Counted from the first letter of the stretch, positions 28,420 through 38,327 are shown. The stretch is DNA of 64,000 nt from an uncultured Alphaproteobacteria bacterium (GCA_902600225.1 CACKIH010000003.1:32709-96708), one strand, 5' to 3'. Notes: generated from the letters alone by a model not told the origin. Numbers and translations are program-made.

Positions 28420-29673
28420 TTACATAAGATCGTTTATTTCTTCCATCATTTCTTCTTGAAGATCTGCCATATCATCAGCGTCGCCTGTAGCAATTTCTTC
28501 CGTGAAATCATAGATTACCTGTGTAACAGCTAATCCATTTTCTCCAGGATACGCAAACCAATCAGCAAGAAGTGGAAGTTGTTCAACAGCAGTAAGTTTA
28601 TTAGGGTTTTGACTATAGAAGTCACCTAATAAATCATTCGCTGCTTTATTTGGTGGAACATATCCAGTTGTTTCAGCAACTAATGCAGCACCGATACCTG
28701 ATGTAATGAACTTTAAGAAAGTCCATGCAGCATCAACTCTTGCTGGATCATCAGATGTAGACACTAACATTGCAGCGTTTCCACCTGCTGGTAATCTTGC
28801 TGGTGTTCCATTGTTTACTCCAGCCATTCCAGGGAATGGTGCAGTTTTTAAAACAAAGTCTGCCTTTGCAGCATTAACTGAACCCAAGCTTGAAGTAGAC
28901 CAGAACATCATACCAATAGTACCTGCGTTAAACGCAGCTTGACCATCAGCAATTGAATAGTTTGGCATATTACATCCACTCATGATTGCTTTCATTTGCT
29001 CTAACGTTGCAAGTCCTGCATCACCACCCATATTTACAGCTCCATCCTTAACCATTGGAACATTCTGAGTATGCATTAATGCTTGGTGGAACCAGTTACC
29101 TGTGATGTTCCAACCAAAGTATAGAGTTCCTTTACCTGCTGCTTCCAATTTATTACATGCTGCAATAACTTCGTCCCAGTTAGTTGGAATACTATCTACA
29201 CCTGCTTCAGCTAATAGATCCATGTTGTAATATCCAACTGGCGTTGATACAGAAAATGGTAATCCATAAACTTCACCACCGAATGTTGAAAGACTTAACA
29301 TAGCAGAATGGTAACCATCTTTTTCAAAAGCTGCTTCTTTTGCAATAAATGGCTCTAAAGACTTTGCAATACCTTTATCTACTAGAGGTGCTTGTCTGTT
29401 AAGACCTTGCATCGTTACATCTGGTAAGTTACCTGAAGTAGACTCTCTAAAAATTGTTGCAGTTGCATCTTCATAGTTTTCATAAGTTGCTCTAAATTTA
29501 ACTTGAATATCTGGATGCGCTTTTTCAAACTCTGGCATAATAGCTTGAAACGTTACATCGAATAATCCTGAATAAGGATAAGCTACTTCTATTTCAATAG
29601 ACTTAGCTGAATTAACAGAACCATAAAAACCGAAAGCTAATACGGCTGCCAATCCTGTAATTAATTTTTTCAT
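28420..29673 (-). CDS. ugpB: Family-1 periplasmic solute-binding protein, UgpB-like (glycerol-3-phosphate/glycerophosphodiester type)
   Basis: Signal peptide. Blocks resemble E. coli UgpB (PFSVSTPVGYYNMD vs PFNSSTPVLYYNKD; TTGYVPPNKAA vs KTGYLPITKAA). Strong RBS GGGAGGA. Confidence 0.65.
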   Translation of the reverse strand: MKKLITGLAAVLAFGFYGSVNSAKSIEIEVAYPYSGLFDVTFQAIMPEFEKAHPDIQVKFRATYENYEDATATIFRESTSGNLPDVTMQGLNRQAPLVDKGIAKSLEPFIAKEAAFEKDGYHSAMLSLSTFGGEVYGLPFSVSTPVGYYNMDLLAEAGVDSIPTNWDEVIAACNKLEAAGKGTLYFGWNITGNWFHQALMHTQNVPMVKDGAVNMGGDAGLATLEQMKAIMSGCNMPNYSIADGQAAFNAGTIGMMFWSTSSLGSVNAAKADFVLKTAPFPGMAGVNNGTPARLPAGGNAAMLVSTSDDPARVDAAWTFLKFITSGIGAALVAETTGYVPPNKAANDLLGDFYSQNPNKLTAVEQLPLLADWFAYPGENGLAVTQVIYDFTEEIATGDADDMADLQEEMMEEINDLM

Positions 29674-29723
29674 TTAATCCTCCCGATTGAATATAATAAT
29701 TTAATCTAACATGTAGCTAGAAA

Positions 29724-29756
29724 GGGTTACAATTTTATTACGAGAATATTACTAAA
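29724..29756 (-). promoter_or_regulatory. Triple Pho-box-like repeat upstream of the ugpB-like gene
   Basis: The coding strand reads TTTAGTAATATTCTCGTAATAAAATTGTAACCC. The hexamers AGTAAT, CGTAAT and TGTAAC are each 11 bp apart, 51-83 nt upstream of the ATG. Confidence 0.6.
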
Positions 29757-29808
29757 AAATAAGCTTATTTTTCCACAGAAATAAAAAAATTAGAGAAAAA
29801 CTTGTTTT

Positions 29809-31251
29809 TTACCAAGGTAGTGAGAAAGTTTTTACGTTAGTAAAGCTTTTCATTGCTTCAATTACACCTTCTTTATAACCAAGACCTGAATCTTTAATTC
29901 CTCCAAAAGGTGACATTTCAATTCTATAGCCAGGAACCTCCCAAATATTTACAGTGCCAACATTTAAACCTTGAATATATTTTTTTGCTCGCATGAAGTT
30001 ATTTGTACATACACCAGATGATAATCCAAATGCGGTTGAATTAGATATTTTCATTACAGCTTCATCGTCATTAGGCACACGAATAATTGGTATAACTGGA
30101 CCAAATGTTTCTTCTAAAACTAATTCACTTTTAGGATCAACATGATCTACAACTATTGGAGGTAACAAAGCACCTTTTCTTCCAGGGTGATATAAAATTT
30201 TTGCACCGTCTTCTTCTGCCATTGAAACTCTTTTATCAAAAAGTTCTGCAGCTTGAGCATTAACAACAGTACCTAAGTCTGTTTCCATATTCATAGGATC
30301 ACCAAATTTAATTTTCTTAGCACGCTCAAGAGCCATTTCAACAAATTGATCTGCAATGGATTCTTGAACCAGTATTCTTTTAACAGCTGTACAACGTTGA
30401 CCAGAGTTTTTCGTTGCACCAGTAACTGCTAGTTCAACAGCTTTTTTAAGATCATCACCATCTAAGTCATTTAAAACAATTAAAGGGTCATTACCGCCAA
30501 GCTCAAGAACTGTTCTTTTGTATCCAGCTTGTTCAGCAATTAACTTTCCTACACCTACACTGCCTGTAAAAGTAATTAGATCAATGTTTGGATTCTTGAT
30601 CATTTCAGATCCGATATCTTGAGGCCATCCAGTTACAACTGAAAACATTTCGGGTGGCAAACCTGCTTCATATAAAACATCAGCGAGTACCATTGCTGTT
30701 AAAGGTGTTAATTCTGTTTGTTTACATACAGTACAATTATTTGTTGCAATTGAAGGTGCAATTTTATGCGCTACCATATTCAAAGGATGATTAAATGGAG
30801 TGATTGCTGAAATTGCAGTTAAGGGCTCTCTTATGGTAAATATTTTTCTCGCTTTTCCATGCGGAGTTAAATCACAAGAAAATATTTCACCATCATCATG
30901 AATACAAAGTTGAGCCGTTAATGAAAATACATCGAAAGCTCTTCCTACTTCGTATAAAGAATCTTGTTTTGAGATACCAAGCTCTAAAGTAATAATATCA
31001 GAAATTTCTTCTTTTCTTTTAACAAGTACTTCTGCAGCAGTTTGAAGAATTTTTTGTCTCTCATATCTTGTAAGTTTAGGCTGATAATTTGCAGCAATAT
31101 CTAAAGCCTTTCTTGCATGCTCTGCAGTACCGGCCGGGACCGTTCCGATTACTTCACCTGTAAAAGGGTACTCAACATTTATTGTTTTATCTGAAGTAAC
31201 TTTTTCTCCAGCAATACGCATTGCTTCATTAATCATTTTTTTGTGCATCAT
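29809..31251 (-). CDS. phnY: NAD-dependent phosphonoacetaldehyde dehydrogenase (ALDH superfamily)
   Basis: ALDH motifs ELGGNDP and GQRCTA. 480 aa. Its start overlaps the phnA stop by 4 nt. Confidence 0.75.
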   Translation of the reverse strand: MMHKKMINEAMRIAGEKVTSDKTINVEYPFTGEVIGTVPAGTAEHARKALDIAANYQPKLTRYERQKILQTAAEVLVKRKEEISDIITLELGISKQDSLYEVGRAFDVFSLTAQLCIHDDGEIFSCDLTPHGKARKIFTIREPLTAISAITPFNHPLNMVAHKIAPSIATNNCTVCKQTELTPLTAMVLADVLYEAGLPPEMFSVVTGWPQDIGSEMIKNPNIDLITFTGSVGVGKLIAEQAGYKRTVLELGGNDPLIVLNDLDGDDLKKAVELAVTGATKNSGQRCTAVKRILVQESIADQFVEMALERAKKIKFGDPMNMETDLGTVVNAQAAELFDKRVSMAEEDGAKILYHPGRKGALLPPIVVDHVDPKSELVLEETFGPVIPIIRVPNDDEAVMKISNSTAFGLSSGVCTNNFMRAKKYIQGLNVGTVNIWEVPGYRIEMSPFGGIKDSGLGYKEGVIEAMKSFTNVKTFSLPW

Positions 31252-32489
31252 AAGGCTCCGTTAATTGCATAGTAAAATGCATCATAGTTATATAATTGTT
31301 TGCTAGTATCTAAATTTTGCAATTTTAAATTTGATATGAATGGCACTTCTCTTTCATGAAGTCCACCGTGTGAACGTAAAGGTTCATTTAATCCAGAAAG
31401 ATTGTGTTTATCTTCTGATGAACCAATAGTCATAAATTCTGAAGACATACATATAATATCACCCATTCTATCTGGAGGTAAATTATAAGTAGAGCATCCT
31501 TCGTCTTTTGTTAAAACAACTTCTATATCTTTTATTTCTTTAATAGCATTTACAACTGAATCTACCTTGCTCTTGTCTTCTAAATAAATTGTTGCAAAAG
31601 AACCAAGTGAACCATGATGAACGACATATGGATCTGTAATTGGTAGAATAACTTTAGCCATGTTTGGTTCAAATTTTTTATCTAAATAATCTTGTAAAAA
31701 TATTGCATTAGGTGAACCATCTTCTTTTGATTTTGGTTTCATACCGTGATCTGCTGTGATGATTATAGAAACATTCTCCTTATTTAAAAGACCAATATAT
31801 TTATCAAACATTGCATAAAATTTATTTGCTGTTTCGTTTCCCGGTGCATATTTGTGTTGAATATAATCTGTAGTCGATAAATACATGATATTTGGTTTGA
31901 ACTCTTCAAGAAGCTTTACACCTGCAGCCATTACAAATTCAGAAAGTCCTTCAGAATATACTTCTGGCACTGGCATCCCCAACCAATCGTTTACATTATC
32001 TATACCATTGAGATCTTTTGTTGCTTGATCAGATTTTTCAGCAGAAAAACAAATAGCTCTCTCATCATCAAAACTTAATCCGTTTCCTAAAAGTGTTCTC
32101 AACTTGTCTTTTGCAGTAACAAGAGCAATTTTAGAACCAGAATTGTAAAATTTTTCAAAAATAGTTGGTGCTCGCATATATTTTGGATCATTCATCATTA
32201 CTTCTTCACCAGTCTCAGGTGTATAAAAGAAGTTTCCGCATATACCGTGTACAGAACTTGGTTGGCCTGTTACAATCGAAATGTTATTTGGATTTGTAAA
32301 ACTTGGAATAGCGCTGTGAACAAGTAGGTTTTCACCACTTGCAATTAATTTATCAAGATTTGGTGTAAGATTAGATTTTGATGCTTCTTCGAGATACTCT
32401 TTTTGACTACCATCAAGGCATATAACAATAGCAGTTTTTGAGAAAGAGCTTGGATATTCTCTTTTATTAATTTCTAAATTATCGGACAC
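31248..32489 (-). CDS. phnA: Phosphonoacetate hydrolase (alkaline-phosphatase superfamily)
   Basis: 413 aa. VICLDGS metal site and PSFTNPNN with a Thr nucleophile near position 64-65, as I recall for PhnA. DHGM motif. GTG start. Confidence 0.75.
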   Translation of the reverse strand: MSDNLEINKREYPSSFSKTAIVICLDGSQKEYLEEASKSNLTPNLDKLIASGENLLVHSAIPSFTNPNNISIVTGQPSSVHGICGNFFYTPETGEEVMMNDPKYMRAPTIFEKFYNSGSKIALVTAKDKLRTLLGNGLSFDDERAICFSAEKSDQATKDLNGIDNVNDWLGMPVPEVYSEGLSEFVMAAGVKLLEEFKPNIMYLSTTDYIQHKYAPGNETANKFYAMFDKYIGLLNKENVSIIITADHGMKPKSKEDGSPNAIFLQDYLDKKFEPNMAKVILPITDPYVVHHGSLGSFATIYLEDKSKVDSVVNAIKEIKDIEVVLTKDEGCSTYNLPPDRMGDIICMSSEFMTIGSSEDKHNLSGLNEPLRSHGGLHEREVPFISNLKLQNLDTSKQLYNYDAFYYAINGAL

Positions 32490-32567
32490 AAATTCAACTA
32501 ATATATATTATTAAAAATACAAATTTATAGTTATCTGGCAGTTAAACTCAATCATAATTTGAATATT

Positions 32568-32601
32568 TGTTAATAAAATTGAAATAAAACTGAAATAAAT
32601 A
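32568..32601 (+). promoter_or_regulatory. Pho-box-like phased repeat upstream of the ugpC-like operon
   Basis: TGTTAATAAAATTGAAATAAAACTGAAATAAATA. The hexamers GTTAAT, TGAAAT and TGAAAT are each 11 bp apart and each is followed by an A-rich spacer. The site ends 65 nt before the GTG start. Confidence 0.5.
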
Positions 32602-32665
32602 GATTTAAAATATTCTCAAATTTAATAAAATTTTGTAGATTAAAGTTAAGATACAGGGGGAATGA

Positions 32666-33799
32666 GTGGGAACAATATCGCTTAAAAATATTTCAAAGTC
32701 ATTTGGGTCTACACAAGTACTTAATAATTTGAATGTTGATATAAACGATGGAGAATTCTTAACATTAGTTGGTCCATCTGGTTGTGGTAAATCTACATTA
32801 CTTAGAATAATTGCAGGATTGGAACAGCAGACTTCAGGTGATGTATTAATAGATAATAAAAATGTAAATAGAGTTAGAGCCAGTGAAAGAGATTTGGCAA
32901 TGGTATTCCAGTCATATGCTCTTTATCCTCATCTCACAGTAAGAAGAAATTTAGAAACCCCATTAAGACTAAGGGATTATAATGCATTTGAAAGACTGCC
33001 CTTGATTGGTAATTTTTCTCCAAGCAAAAAAGAGAAAACAGAATCTATAAATCAATTAGTAAATAAAACTTCTGAAACTCTAAAAATTTCAGAACTATTG
33101 GATAGAAAACCAGGACAATTGTCAGGTGGTCAAAGACAAAGAGTTGCTCTTGGTCGTGCTATGGTTAGAGAGCCTGTTGCCTTTTTAATGGATGAACCTC
33201 TTTCAAATTTAGATGCGGCTCTGAGAGTTCACATGCGATCTGAACTATCTGAGCTTCATAATTCACTTAAAACTACTTTTGTTTACGTAACACATGATCA
33301 AGCAGAAGCATTAACTATGTCCTCTAGAATGGCTGTTATGATTGATGGAAATTTATTACAACTAGATACGCCTCAAGAAGTATATGACAATCCTTCCTCA
33401 TTAAGTGTAGCTCAATTTGTTGGAAGTCCAAAAATAAATATATTTAAAGGAACTGCGGACTCTGGTGGGACGGTAAGTTTTCTCAACGTTAATCTTAAAA
33501 GAAAAAGTTCTGAAAGTAATACAGATTTACATATTGGTATTCGACCAGAACATTTAGAAATTACAAATGAAAGTAATGAAAATACATTTAGTGGAACGGT
33601 TGCATATAGAGAAAATTTAGGTTCAGATATTTTCTTTCATGTAAATATTGAAGACGGTTCAAATAAAATAATTGTAAGGGGCTTACCACAATTTACACAC
33701 CAAATTTCAAATGGTTCTAGTGTAAATATAAAAAGAGTTTCAGATAAAGCATTACTATTTAATGAAGCTGGAATGAGAGTTCAATTTACTAATGCATAA
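32666..33799 (+). CDS. ugpC: ABC transporter ATP-binding protein, UgpC/MalK-type with C-terminal TOBE-like domain
   Basis: Walker [10 protein letters not shown] and signature LSGGQRQR. 377 aa. GTG start. Confidence 0.75.
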   Translation: MGTISLKNISKSFGSTQVLNNLNVDINDGEFLTLVGPSGCGKSTLLRIIAGLEQQTSGDVLIDNKNVNRVRASERDLAMVFQSYALYPHLTVRRNLETPLRLRDYNAFERLPLIGNFSPSKKEKTESINQLVNKTSETLKISELLDRKPGQLSGGQRQRVALGRAMVREPVAFLMDEPLSNLDAALRVHMRSELSELHNSLKTTFVYVTHDQAEALTMSSRMAVMIDGNLLQLDTPQEVYDNPSSLSVAQFVGSPKINIFKGTADSGGTVSFLNVNLKRKSSESNTDLHIGIRPEHLEITNESNENTFSGTVAYRENLGSDIFFHVNIEDGSNKIIVRGLPQFTHQISNGSSVNIKRVSDKALLFNEAGMRVQFTNA

Positions 33800-34748
33800 T
33801 TCAAAAGCTCACATATGGTTTATTGCACCAGCAATCATACTGATGATAATTATTTTAATCTTTCCTCTTTTTCTTGCAGGAGGAATTTCTTTTACTGACT
33901 ATAATTTAGGAAACAAAACATTCGAGTGGGTTGGACTAGAAAATTATGACAAAATGTTCAATCGAAAAACATATGTCAAAATGATTTGGGCCACAGCGAC
34001 GTATGTTATTGTTGTTGTTCCAATTTCTGTTGTACTTGGATTATGTGCTGCTATGCTCTTAAATTCACTAAGGTTTGGCGCTGATATATATAAAACAATT
34101 TTCTTTCTTCCAGTTATGGCAACTCTTCTTGCCATGGCAATTGCATGGGAATTTACTCTTCATCCAACATTAGGAATTGTAAATAGTTTTTTAGCAAATG
34201 GGTGTGGAGGAGTTAGAGAATTCATTCTTGGTTTTCATTGGTTACCGTGGGTAGACTCACAAGAAAGCTGGTATGCTGTAGCATGTGCAAACAACATGGA
34301 TTTTCCATATTGGTTAAAACAAAAAAATACTGCGATTTGGACAGTATGTTTCATAGGAATTTGGCAGGCTTTTGGTTTTAACATGGTTTTATATTTAGCT
34401 GGCTTAACAAGTATACCAAGAGAGTTATACCAAGCTGCAGAAATGGATGGAGCTAAATCTACTTGGGAACAATTTAAGCTTGTTACATGGCCAATGCTTG
34501 GTCCAACAACGTTGTTTGTTGTCACTATTACTACAATTAGAACGTTTCAAGTATTTGATACCATCGAAATACTCACCAAGGGTGGTCCATCAAAAACAAC
34601 GTATGTCATGATGTATGCGATCTTTGAAAAAGCTATTCAACAAAACTTAACAAGTATCGGTGCAGCAATCACTGTTGTCTTTATTGGATTTATTCTTGTG
34701 TTAACGTTTTTCCAAAGATATGTCATTGAGAAGAGGGTTCATTATTAA
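33792..34748 (+). CDS. ugpA: ABC transporter permease, UgpA/MalF-type
   Basis: Six-TM permease with an EAA-loop-like AAEMDGAKSTWEQFKLVTWP. Overlaps ugpC. Confidence 0.7.
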   Translation: MHNSKAHIWFIAPAIILMIIILIFPLFLAGGISFTDYNLGNKTFEWVGLENYDKMFNRKTYVKMIWATATYVIVVVPISVVLGLCAAMLLNSLRFGADIYKTIFFLPVMATLLAMAIAWEFTLHPTLGIVNSFLANGCGGVREFILGFHWLPWVDSQESWYAVACANNMDFPYWLKQKNTAIWTVCFIGIWQAFGFNMVLYLAGLTSIPRELYQAAEMDGAKSTWEQFKLVTWPMLGPTTLFVVTITTIRTFQVFDTIEILTKGGPSKTTYVMMYAIFEKAIQQNLTSIGAAITVVFIGFILVLTFFQRYVIEKRVHY

Positions 34749-35641
34749 TGGAAGCTAAACAATATATTGGGGAAGGTTGGAAGCATGCAATCTTAATTAT
34801 TGGTGCAATCGTAGTGATGCTCCCTTTTTATATGATGGTTTCAATGTCATTAAAATCTCAGCAAGAAATCCAATCAATTTCTGGTGGTCTTATTGGTGCG
34901 CAAGAAACTCAAACGTTTCCTGTATGTGTTAAAACTGGTTATTCAGAAGAAACATGTACAATGAAGCCATATCAATACAACTATTGGTTTGCTTTTGAAA
35001 AAGCTCCTATTCCTAGATACTTAATGAATGGTGTCATTGTTACTTTATCAATCTTCATTATTCAGGTTTTAGTCGCCTTACCGTGCGCATATGCACTCGC
35101 TAAGTTACGGTTTTACGGGCGAGAATTTGTTTTCTCGATGGTTTTATTTTGCTTGCTAATTCCAGTTCACGGAATTGCACTTCCATTATATGTTATGTTG
35201 GCCCAGGCAGGATTAGTTGACACCTATTCCGCCTTAATACTCCCCTGGACCATATCGGTGTTTGGAATCTTTTTAATGCGGCAATTCTTTATGACTGTGC
35301 CCGATGAATTAATTGATGCCGCCAGGATGGACGGCATGGGAGAGTACGCAATCGTATGGAAAGTAATGCTTCCAACTGCAATACCAGCGTTACTTGCTTT
35401 TGCAATATTCTCAGTTGTTGCGCACTGGAATGATTATTTCTGGCCTCGTATGGTAATAACAGGAAATAGAGATCTCTTTACTCCGCCACTTGGTATAAGG
35501 GAATTCAGAGGTGGAATTGATAGTGACGAATTTGGTCCTATGATGGCTTCGATAGTTACAGTAACAGTTCCCCTTATTGTTGCTTTTATAATCGCGCAAA
35601 AACGATTTATTGAAGGAATTACTTTGACAGGCATGAAGTAA
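34748..35641 (+). CDS. ugpE: ABC transporter permease, UgpE/MalG-type
   Basis: EAA loop DAARMDGMGEYAIVWKVMLP. Its start shares one nucleotide (34748) with the end of the preceding stop codon (TAATG). Confidence 0.7.
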   Translation: MEAKQYIGEGWKHAILIIGAIVVMLPFYMMVSMSLKSQQEIQSISGGLIGAQETQTFPVCVKTGYSEETCTMKPYQYNYWFAFEKAPIPRYLMNGVIVTLSIFIIQVLVALPCAYALAKLRFYGREFVFSMVLFCLLIPVHGIALPLYVMLAQAGLVDTYSALILPWTISVFGIFLMRQFFMTVPDELIDAARMDGMGEYAIVWKVMLPTAIPALLAFAIFSVVAHWNDYFWPRMVITGNRDLFTPPLGIREFRGGIDSDEFGPMMASIVTVTVPLIVAFIIAQKRFIEGITLTGMK

Positions 35642-35655
35642 ATTCTTATCTACTG

Positions 35656-36504
35656 ATGACATTGTCAGTAAATTTTATTTTTATCTTAATTCTTGTATCT
35701 GCTCTATGTCATGCAGTTTGGAGTGCAATAATAAAATCAAGCAAGAACCCTTTATCGTTAATGGGTATAACGTCTGTCTTGGAAGTTACTATTTTTTTAC
35801 CTTTAACATTTACTGTTCCATTTCCAACTTTAGAGGTTTGGTATTTTTTAATAGCAACCGTAATCATTCATGTCTTCTACAGACTAAATGTTATCTACTC
35901 ATATAGGTACGGTGATCTCTCTTACATATATCCAATTTCTAGAGGAAGTTCATGTTTGTTTGTAGCGATCATCAGTATTTTATTTTTAAGTTCTGATATT
36001 AGTGTTGCTGGTTTTGTTGGAATATTAATTGTTTGTATTGGTTTATTTTTAATTTCTTATTCTAAAAATTTATCTTTTAACTTCAGAGGTTTTGCTCTCG
36101 CAATATCAACGGCTATTCTAATTACTGCTTACACTTTAGTTGACGGAGTTGGGGTGAGACTTTCTGAAAATGGTTTTTCCTATATTTACTGGCTCTTCAC
36201 ACTTAATGGAATACCTTTACTAATTATTGGTTTGATCTCGAAAGATGGTTTACGAAGAAGAGAAACATACACTTTTAGATCTGGGATTGCTGCTGGTGTG
36301 TTTGCAACAAGTAGTTACGCAATTGTTGTTTGGAGTATGCAATTTATAGAAATAGCTTATGTCTCTAGTATTAGAGAAATAAGCATTGTGTTTGCTGCAA
36401 TTATTGGAATGCTTTTCTTATTTGAGAAGAATGCAAAATCTCGAATAATACCTTCTATTTTAATAGTGAGTGGTATTTCGGTTGTTTATTTTCAAATTCT
36501 ATAA
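35656..36504 (+). CDS. EamA/DMT-family transporter
   Basis: 282 aa with about 10 TM segments and the DMT two-repeat architecture. Confidence 0.65.
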   Translation: MTLSVNFIFILILVSALCHAVWSAIIKSSKNPLSLMGITSVLEVTIFLPLTFTVPFPTLEVWYFLIATVIIHVFYRLNVIYSYRYGDLSYIYPISRGSSCLFVAIISILFLSSDISVAGFVGILIVCIGLFLISYSKNLSFNFRGFALAISTAILITAYTLVDGVGVRLSENGFSYIYWLFTLNGIPLLIIGLISKDGLRRRETYTFRSGIAAGVFATSSYAIVVWSMQFIEIAYVSSIREISIVFAAIIGMLFLFEKNAKSRIIPSILIVSGISVVYFQIL

Positions 36505-36539
36505 GGAAAAAATATAGACTTTTTGCACGAAAATTTTAT

Positions 36540-36710
36540 ATGAATTTTATGACTGAGGATATTGTAGAAGTAGATCCAAAAACCGAAACTATCTCTTGCG
36601 ATGGTGGTGAAGATGGTTTAGGACATCCCGCAGTTTATTATACCTTCAATAATGAGAACAAAATTGTTTGTGGTTATTGTGGTAAAACATTTATAAAAAA
36701 AGAAGAGTAG
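36540..36710 (+). CDS. zf-CHCC (NDUFS6-like) zinc-finger protein
   Basis: Below the ORF-track size cut-off. My translation is MNFMTEDIVEVDPKTETISCDGGEDGLGHPAVYYTFNNENKIVCGYCGKTFIKKEE, which matches the C..G...GHP...C.YCG pattern. Confidence 0.75.
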   Translation: MNFMTEDIVEVDPKTETISCDGGEDGLGHPAVYYTFNNENKIVCGYCGKTFIKKEE

Positions 36711-36712
36711 AA

Positions 36713-37066
36713 ATGTACAAAGAATCTTGGGGTCAAAAAAGAATTTGTCCAATGTGTAGTAAGCAGTACTACGACCTGGGAAGAACGGAACTGGAATGTC
36801 CAGAATGTGGTAAACTAATTGAAGTAACTACAATGACCAGACCAAGACGTGGTAGAAAACCTGGTAGTACTAATGCTGCTCCTCTAACAAATCCTATTCC
36901 TGCAAAACCAAAAGAAAAAGATGATGATCTTGATATCGATAATTTGGATTTGGATAACAACGAAGACAATCTTGAGGATGATACTGTTTTATTAGAAGAT
37001 GAAACAGAAATTGATCCAATAGCCGAAGGTATTAAACCTAAAGAAGACGGCGAAGAAGAATACTAA
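36713..37066 (+). CDS. TIGR02300 (FYDLN_acid) family zinc-ribbon protein with acidic tail
   Basis: CPMCSKQYYDLGRTELECPECG followed by a basic stretch and a D/E-rich tail. Confidence 0.75.
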   Translation: MYKESWGQKRICPMCSKQYYDLGRTELECPECGKLIEVTTMTRPRRGRKPGSTNAAPLTNPIPAKPKEKDDDLDIDNLDLDNNEDNLEDDTVLLEDETEIDPIAEGIKPKEDGEEEY

Positions 37067-37088
37067 AATTTCAATAAAAATTTAGAAG

Positions 37089-38327
37089 ATGTTTAAGGTA
37101 CTACAAAACACTTGGGCCCTTTTTTTTGGCTTTGCTTTAATTAGTCTTGGTCATGGTTTGCAAGGAACACTTATCGGTGTTCGTTCTGTTTTAGAAGGTT
37201 TTAGTTTTTTTGCATCAGGACTTATTATAGCTGGTTATTACGTTGGATACTTAACTGGTGCGTTAACAATTCCAATTTTTTTACAACGTGTTGGTCACAT
37301 AAGAGTTTTTGCCGCTTTAGCATCGCTTGCTTCTATCGCTATATTATTACATTCAGTATTTGTTCATCCCTATTCATGGATGTTTATACGAATATTAACT
37401 GGCTTAAGTCTTGCTGGAATTTATGTAATTATGGAAAGTTGGTTAAATGAAAAATCAACTAATCAAACTCGTGGTCAATTACTTTCCGTTTACATGATTA
37501 TTACTTTTGTATTTGTTGGAGCAGGACAATTTTTATTAAATTTAGGAGATCCTGCTAAAGTTGATTTATTTATTTTAGTATCAATCTTATTATCATTCGC
37601 ACTTCTTCCTATTCTTTTATCTTCAACTGAACAACCTAATACAGAAAGTCCTAAATTTTTTTCTTTAAGAGAATTTTATACTGTTTCACCTTTAGGTTTT
37701 GTTGGTGCCTTAGCAACTGGTTTATCGCATAGTGCGGTTTTTGGGTACGGTGCAATTTATGCATCATCTATTAATTTAAGCTTATTTGAAATTTCTCTAT
37801 ATATGATGATTATAACGTCAGCTGGCGCCCTATCTCAATGGCCTATTGGATATTTGTCAGATAGAATTGATAGACGTGTTATTCTTATTGGTGTTTCTTT
37901 TATGGCTTCAGGTTTGAGTTTATTTTTTGTTTTTGCAAACTTTATGCCACTAACATTGTTCTTAATTTTTACCGGTCTTTTTTCAGTTGCATGTTTACCA
38001 ATGTATTCACTTACAGTTGCTCATACAAATGACTTCTTACAACCTAATGAGATAGTATCAGCAAGTGCAACCTTTGGTATACTTATTGGTATTGGATCAA
38101 TTATCGGACCTTTGTTTGTTTCTGGATTCATGGAAATTTTGGGAGCGGTTGGTTTTTACATCTATTTATTTTTAATACACGGACTACTAGGACTGTTTGG
38201 TTTGTATAGGATGACACAAAGAACTAAACCGCGTGATCTTGAATCACAATACAATCCTTTACCGCGAAATATTAGTCCTGCCGGTATGGAAATGAACCCC
38301 GTTACTGAGCCAACTGAGGACGAGTAA
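37089..38327 (+). CDS. MFS transporter
   Basis: 412 aa with about 12 TM segments. Confidence 0.7.
   Translation: MFKVLQNTWALFFGFALISLGHGLQGTLIGVRSVLEGFSFFASGLIIAGYYVGYLTGALTIPIFLQRVGHIRVFAALASLASIAILLHSVFVHPYSWMFIRILTGLSLAGIYVIMESWLNEKSTNQTRGQLLSVYMIITFVFVGAGQFLLNLGDPAKVDLFILVSILLSFALLPILLSSTEQPNTESPKFFSLREFYTVSPLGFVGALATGLSHSAVFGYGAIYASSINLSLFEISLYMMIITSAGALSQWPIGYLSDRIDRRVILIGVSFMASGLSLFFVFANFMPLTLFLIFTGLFSVACLPMYSLTVAHTNDFLQPNEIVSASATFGILIGIGSIIGPLFVSGFMEILGAVGFYIYLFLIHGLLGLFGLYRMTQRTKPRDLESQYNPLPRNISPAGMEMNPVTEPTEDE

Noticed and set aside
28420-35641. Calling the ABC system a dedicated 2-aminoethylphosphonate transporter (PhnSTUV- or Aep-type).
   Set aside because: The binding protein shows block-level similarity to E. 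coli UgpB, and the permeases and ATPase are MalFGK/Ugp-type. The default call is therefore a glycerol-3-phosphate/glycerophosphodiester importer. Phosphonate transport remains a hypothesis only.
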